From Trueperaceae bacterium (GTDB lineage: Bacteria > Deinococcota > Deinococci > Deinococcales > Trueperaceae), in NCBI GenBank assembly GCA_040905465.1, contig JBBDRK010000033.1:1-20148 (forward strand): a stretch of DNA of 20,148 nucleotides. The letters are read 5' to 3'. Shown piece by piece: positions 15,971-20,148 of this stretch; within the stretch, counting starts at the first letter, position 1; every line of letters starts with the position of its first letter. A program made the translations under genes and the position numbers. The notes beneath the pieces were generated by a model. That model had not been told where the DNA came from. It did not search any database and worked only from the letters and a program-made list of their open reading frames with translations.

Positions 15971-18324
15971 CTGTCGCGAATATCGTAGCCATCCCGGCGA
16001 AGGGCGCTCATGACATTCTCCATATAGCCGTCTATCTCGTCGTCGCGCAACGCCCGCTCCGGGTGACGAAAGCGAAGGCGCAGAGCCAGGCTGCGCTTCC
16101 CCTCAGGTATCGGCACTCCGGTGTATACGTCGAACGGCTCCAGCGAGTCCAGCAGTTCACCTGCGGATCCCCGCACCACGCGGCTCAACTGCAAGTAGCT
16201 CACCTCCAGCGGCGCCACCACCGACACGTCGCGCTCGGCGTGCTGCTGGCGCGGCGGTTCCACGTAGCGCACGGATCCCGAAGGGAGCGGCAGATCGAGC
16301 TCCGCCACGAAAACGTCGCCGAGTTCGTAGCGGGCGGCGATCTCTGGGTGCAGACGGCCGGCGCTGCCGACCCTGCGTCCGTCCCAGAGCACTTCCGCCG
16401 CTATGCCAGGGTGCAGATGTGCCGCCGAATGCGGGAGCATCTCGAGTTTGACGTTGCGCCGCTCGGCCAGGCTCTCCAGCAGGCCCTTGAACAGATAGAA
16501 ATCCAACTCCCTGCCGGCCTGCCAGCCGGGCTCCTGCCATGGTCCGCGGGCGAGCAGCGCAACGCGTTCCTGCTCGTCTTCGAGGAACACCCGGCCGATC
16601 TCGAACAGTGCCAGCGAGGTTGCGGCGCGGTTGAACGCAGCCGCAGCCAGCAGCCCCGGGTAGAGGGCGGTGCGTAGCACGCTGCGCTCCACGCCTTGCG
16701 GGTTGGCCAGGCGCACCCTCGCCTCGGGAGCGCCAGCTCGTGCCAACTCGGCATTGGAGGAGAACACGTAGGCTATCGATTCGCTGAACCCCAGGCCGGC
16801 GATCTGGCTACTTATGTCTCGGTGGGTCGGGTCGGTGCTCTTGGGCACGAAGTGCATCACCGGCACGGTCTCCCCCACGTGCTCGTAGCCGTGGAGGCGG
16901 CCGACCTCTTCCACCAGGTCCTCCTCGATCGCCAGGTCGACGCGCCAGGTGGGCGCCGTGACCAGCCAACTGTCCTCTCCCCGGTCCGTCGCCGGTTGCT
17001 CCTCAACGGTGCAGCCGAGCGCTTCGAGGTAGCGCCGCTGCTCGGCGAGAGGCACGTCGAAATCCATCAGGAACTCCACCCGGGAAGGCCGGAAGGGCAT
17101 CGCCACCCGGCGACCGTAGCCGCCGACCGTGCTCACGCCTTCGTGTACGTTGCCCCCAGCCACGGCGACCATCAACTCGCTCGCCCGGGCGGACGCCGAC
17201 GGTGGCAGGGCCGGATCGACGCCTCGCTCGAAGCGATAGTGCGCGTCGGTGGATAAGGCGTGGCGCTTGGCAGTGCGCCTGATCGTCAACGGGTCGAAGT
17301 GGGCGACCTCCAGGGCGATGGAGGTGGTGCCCGCCTCCACGCTTTCGTGCAGGCCGCCGATTACACCGGCCAGGCCGATGGCTTTCGAGCCCTCGGCGGC
17401 CGGGGTAGCGATCACCAGATCGGCCGATTCGAGCTCGAGTTCGTCACCGACCAGCGTAGTCAGACGCTCGCCGGCCTCGGCCGGCCGAACCTGTATCTTG
17501 CCGCCGCCCAGCGTCTCGGCGTCGTAGGCATGCGAAGGCTGACCGAGCTCGAAGGTGACGTAGTTGGTGACGTCCACGACGTTGTTGCGTGGCCGCAGGC
17601 CAACGCTGGCAAGCCGGCGCTGCAGCCAGATCGGGCTCGGACCCACCCGCACACCGTCAACCTTGCGCAGCGTGAAAAGCGGGCAGCCGCCGGGATCCGC
17701 GATTTCTATCGCAAGGCCATCGTCGACGTTCGGATTCCCTGTGTCGAGACCTTCCGCCGGGTTCCTGTAGGCCACCTTCAGCTTGGCGGCAAGGTCGCGC
17801 GCCACCCCGAGGATGCTGAAGGCGTCCGCCCGATTGGGAGTGAGCTCGAGCTCGAGGACGTCGTCCCCGGGCCAGAGGCGGGCCAGGTCGCTACCCGGTT
17901 CGAGTTCCGCGGCGAGCTCGACCAGCCCGCCGGCGTGGTCGAAGACGCCCAGCTCGCGCGGGGAGAGGAGTATGCCGCTGCTCTGCAGGCCGGCCATCTC
18001 GCGCGCCTCCACGGTCACTCCCAGCGCCGGCAGCTCGACGCCCGGCGCCGCGAACGCAGTCACCATTCCCCGGCGTGCATTTGGCGCGCCGGTGACCACC
18101 TGATGGCGGCGCTTGCCGTCGAATGCCGTGGCCAGCCGCAGGTGCTCGGAGCCGGCTACCGGCTCCACCGACTCGAGCAGCACCGCCACCGTTCCCGCCG
18201 TCGCTCCCTCATAGCGGTGAATCGCCTCCGTCGACAGCCCCAGGCCGTCGCACAAGGCGGCAAGTTCCTCCGCCGGCGGAAGGTGCTCGATAAACTCCCC
18301 GAGCCAGCTGTACGGAACTCTCAT
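15967..18324 (-). CDS. pheT: Phenylalanine--tRNA ligase beta subunit
   Basis: MRVPYSWL, GAPN, ELTPNRADAFS, NNVVDVTNY, HYRFERGVD, PTWRVDLAIEEDLVEEVGRLHGY, FEIGRVF, C-terminal FDX-ACB-like FDVYTG...GKRSLA. Confidence 0.98.
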   Translation of the reverse strand: MRVPYSWLGEFIEHLPPAEELAALCDGLGLSTEAIHRYEGATAGTVAVLLESVEPVAGSEHLRLATAFDGKRRHQVVTGAPNARRGMVTAFAAPGVELPALGVTVEAREMAGLQSSGILLSPRELGVFDHAGGLVELAAELEPGSDLARLWPGDDVLELELTPNRADAFSILGVARDLAAKLKVAYRNPAEGLDTGNPNVDDGLAIEIADPGGCPLFTLRKVDGVRVGPSPIWLQRRLASVGLRPRNNVVDVTNYVTFELGQPSHAYDAETLGGGKIQVRPAEAGERLTTLVGDELELESADLVIATPAAEGSKAIGLAGVIGGLHESVEAGTTSIALEVAHFDPLTIRRTAKRHALSTDAHYRFERGVDPALPPSASARASELMVAVAGGNVHEGVSTVGGYGRRVAMPFRPSRVEFLMDFDVPLAEQRRYLEALGCTVEEQPATDRGEDSWLVTAPTWRVDLAIEEDLVEEVGRLHGYEHVGETVPVMHFVPKSTDPTHRDISSQIAGLGFSESIAYVFSSNAELARAGAPEARVRLANPQGVERSVLRTALYPGLLAAAAFNRAATSLALFEIGRVFLEDEQERVALLARGPWQEPGWQAGRELDFYLFKGLLESLAERRNVKLEMLPHSAAHLHPGIAAEVLWDGRRVGSAGRLHPEIAARYELGDVFVAELDLPLPSGSVRYVEPPRQQHAERDVSVVAPLEVSYLQLSRVVRGSAGELLDSLEPFDVYTGVPIPEGKRSLALRLRFRHPERALRDDEIDGYMENVMSALRRDGYDIRDR

Positions 18325-18464
18325 CGCCGGCTGCTCCGGCCGTCGTTACTGCTCCGGCCGCTCGGGCGCTTGCGCCCGTCCTGAACTCCTTTGCCGCGCA
18401 AGCGGTTCCCGTCGCCCGGGCCGCTCCCGCGCACGTTGACGGCAGGGTATGCAGCGGGGCCCAT
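18321..18464 (-). CDS. Putative 47-aa basic, low-complexity mini-ORF bridging pheS and pheT
   Basis: ATG overlaps the pheS stop (TGATG) and TGA overlaps the pheT start (ATGA): MGPAAYPAVNVRGSGPGDGNRLRGKGVQDGRKRPSGRSSNDGRSSRR. Confidence 0.45.
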   Translation of the reverse strand: MGPAAYPAVNVRGSGPGDGNRLRGKGVQDGRKRPSGRSSNDGRSSRR

Positions 18465-19465
18465 CAGACCTCTCCCCGGAACTGTTCGAGCATCCTCATG
18501 TCGCTCTGATAGAAGGAGCGGATGTCGGGGATGCCGTAGGGAATGAGCGCCAACCGCTCGATACCGAATCCGAAGGCGAAACCGGTGACAGCGCCGCTTC
18601 CGGAGGTGCGGTAGCCCGCCGCCTCGAACACGTTGGGGTGCACCATGCCGCAGCCGCCCAGCTCGAGCCACTCCTCCCGGCCAGTTCTTGGATGGCGCCA
18701 CCAGATCGCAAACTCCGCGCCCGGCTCCACGAACGGGAAGAACGACGGTTGCAGCCTGGTACGGGTTCCCGGCCCGAAGAGCGCCGTCGCCATCTCGCGT
18801 ATCGCGCCCTTGAGGTCGGCCATCGTGATCCGTTCGCCCACCACCAGAGCTTCGAGCTGGTGGAACTGCGCCTCGTGCGTAGCGTCGACCGCTTCGTTGC
18901 GGAATACCTTGCCTGGCACCACGACCTTGAACGGAGCCTCGTGCGTTTCCATGTAGCGCGCCTGCATGGGGCTGGTGTGCGTCCGCAACAACCTGCCGTC
19001 GGTGGTCCAGAAGGTGTCCTGCATGTCTCTCGCCGGGTGCTCGTCGGGAAAGTTGAGCGCACCGAAGTTGTAATGGTCGGTTTCGACCTCCGGCCCGGTG
19101 ACGATCTCGTAGCCGAGCGAGGTAAACACGTCGAGGAGGCGGTTGGTGACCTTGGTCATCAGGTGCAGGCCACCGGTCTTGACTTTGACCCCCGGCAGCG
19201 TGACGTCGACGCTCTCGCGAGACAATCGCGCTTCGAGATCGATCCTCTCGAGCTCGCTGCGCCTGCGGGCTATCGCTGCTTCGAGTTCGTCGCGCAACTC
19301 GTTTATCTCGCGCCCCGCCTCGCGGCGCTCGGCCGGGGGCAGCCGGCCAAGCGATTTCAGTTGCCCGGTGATCTCCCCCTTCTTGCCAAGGAAGCGCACG
19401 CGCAATGCCTGCAGTTCGCGTTGATCGTTCGCCTCGCGGATCTCGTTGAGGGCTTCCTCGCGCAT
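18464..19465 (-). CDS. pheS: Phenylalanine--tRNA ligase alpha subunit
   Basis: FLGKKG, HPARDMQDTF, LLRTHTSP, FRNE...THEAQFHQLE, FFPFVEPG, WLELGGCGMVHPNV, GFAFGFGIERL; SD GGAGGA. Confidence 0.99.
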   Translation of the reverse strand: MREEALNEIREANDQRELQALRVRFLGKKGEITGQLKSLGRLPPAERREAGREINELRDELEAAIARRRSELERIDLEARLSRESVDVTLPGVKVKTGGLHLMTKVTNRLLDVFTSLGYEIVTGPEVETDHYNFGALNFPDEHPARDMQDTFWTTDGRLLRTHTSPMQARYMETHEAPFKVVVPGKVFRNEAVDATHEAQFHQLEALVVGERITMADLKGAIREMATALFGPGTRTRLQPSFFPFVEPGAEFAIWWRHPRTGREEWLELGGCGMVHPNVFEAAGYRTSGSGAVTGFAFGFGIERLALIPYGIPDIRSFYQSDMRMLEQFRGEV

Positions 19466-19506
19466 TCGTCTCCTCCGAGGGCCTGCTGGGCAACCGGCAC
19501 GGGCCC

Positions 19507-19537
19507 AAAAAAAACACCACCCGCGAAGGGCAGCATC
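19507..19537 (-). terminator. Intrinsic terminator (attenuator) in the pheS leader
   Basis: Minus strand GAUGCUGCCC-UUCGC-GGGUGGUG followed by 8 U. The G-U-rich stem pairs only on the minus-strand transcript, 41 nt before the pheS ATG. Confidence 0.75.
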
Positions 19538-19562
19538 GAGTGTGCGCAGAGCGTGCTCCGCG

Positions 19563-19598
19563 CTAGCTGATAAAGGGCGAAGCCGTGTCGCTTGCCAT
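19563..19598 (-). CDS. Putative leaderless pheS leader peptide MASDTASPFIS (11 aa)
   Basis: ATG 7 nt after the -10 box; Phe codon TTT at position 9; stop directly followed by a hairpin and a terminator. Confidence 0.6.
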   Translation of the reverse strand: MASDTASPFIS

Positions 19599-19605
19599 CC
19601 TGACG

Positions 19606-19634
19606 AGTCTAGCCCGCTGTCCGAGGGGTGTCAA
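19606..19634 (-). promoter_or_regulatory. Sigma70-type promoter of the pheS operon
   Basis: TTGACA (19634-19629), 17-nt spacer, TAGACT (19611-19606). Confidence 0.85.
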
Positions 19635-19837
19635 CAACGGCACCGCCAGCGCCCGTCTTTAGCCCGTTTGCGTCCGGCCAGGGCCGAGTCGTCAGCACAT
19701 CGCCCGGCGAGCATACCGCCCGGCGAGCGACTTGTACTCCGGACACAGACCTGAGCGGCCCCAAACTCTTACCTTGGCTGCACGGTTTACAAGGACCAAG
19801 GCAGAGGGCCTGAGGTACCTTCCACAAGGAGGCAGGA

Positions 19838-20056
19838 ATGCAACGCTGGGCGATCACGCTCGACGGGGAAGTACGCCGCCGGCTCACTCAGGAACAGCTC
19901 GAGCTCGGCACGGAGATCGCAGACGAGGACGGAGAGCGGTTGCTGGTCTTCCGCGACCGGTTCGTGGGGTTGCGAGTCGCGTCGACCGCCGGAGTTCATC
20001 TTCTGCCCTATAAGGAGCCGGCCGGTCGGAAGCCGCTGTCGGCGGCGGTGCTATGA
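19838..20056 (+). CDS. Small hypothetical protein (72 aa)
   Basis: Strong SD AAGGAGG before the ATG; protein-like composition; divergent from pheS. No family recognised. Confidence 0.7.
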   Translation: MQRWAITLDGEVRRRLTQEQLELGTEIADEDGERLLVFRDRFVGLRVASTAGVHLLPYKEPAGRKPLSAAVL

Positions 20057-20148
20057 GCGGCGGCTTTATGGGCGCTCGTCGCCGCGCTGAGTCACACGCG
20101 GACGCTGGGCCGATCAGGCCTCGGCCGCGCTGAACTGGGCCGATCAGG

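Noticed and set aside
19466-19605. T-box riboswitch upstream of pheS
   Set aside because: GGGUGG is present but the UGGN-ACC antiterminator bulge and Stem I motifs are not, and the leader is only ~135 nt. The GGGUGG is the terminator's 3' arm.
19770-19801. Purine-riboswitch-like or tRNA-like motif (GGTTTAC / TGTAAA)
   Set aside because: The remaining aptamer or cloverleaf elements are absent.
20053-20133. 26-aa ORF overlapping the stop of the 72-aa gene (ATGA)
   Set aside because: Short, no SD, and runs into the repeated terminal sequence; it cannot be supported from this window.

Overview
GC-rich bacterial chromosomal window. Gene content, protein style and several leaderless TANNNT-N5-7-start signals point to Deinococcota, probably Truepera-like (inference). 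Gene order: 5'-truncated giant TamB/DUF490 protein (+), pckA (+), S41 C-terminal protease (-), glgA (+), membrane-anchored TPR protein (+), M24-fold protein lacking most metal ligands (-), GlsB/YeaQ/YmgE membrane protein (-), Gfo/Idh/MocA oxidoreductase (-), DUF2277 (-), glmS (-), CvpA-like membrane protein (-), pheT (-), pheS (-) and a 72-aa hypothetical (+). No mobile element, CRISPR array, tRNA or rRNA was seen. The interest lies in the non-coding RNA layer of the pheS-to-glmS block. (1) A strongly expanded, ~390-nt glmS ribozyme: the catalytic core is recognisable with a compensatory A-U pair, but it carries a 64-nt multi-hairpin core insertion, tandem repeated hairpins in P1 and possible extra long-range helices, and it starts only 25 nt after the upstream gene. 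(2) A leaderless 11-aa Phe-containing peptide plus hairpin and terminator ahead of pheS. (3) A 47-codon mini-ORF overlapping both the pheS stop and the pheT start.
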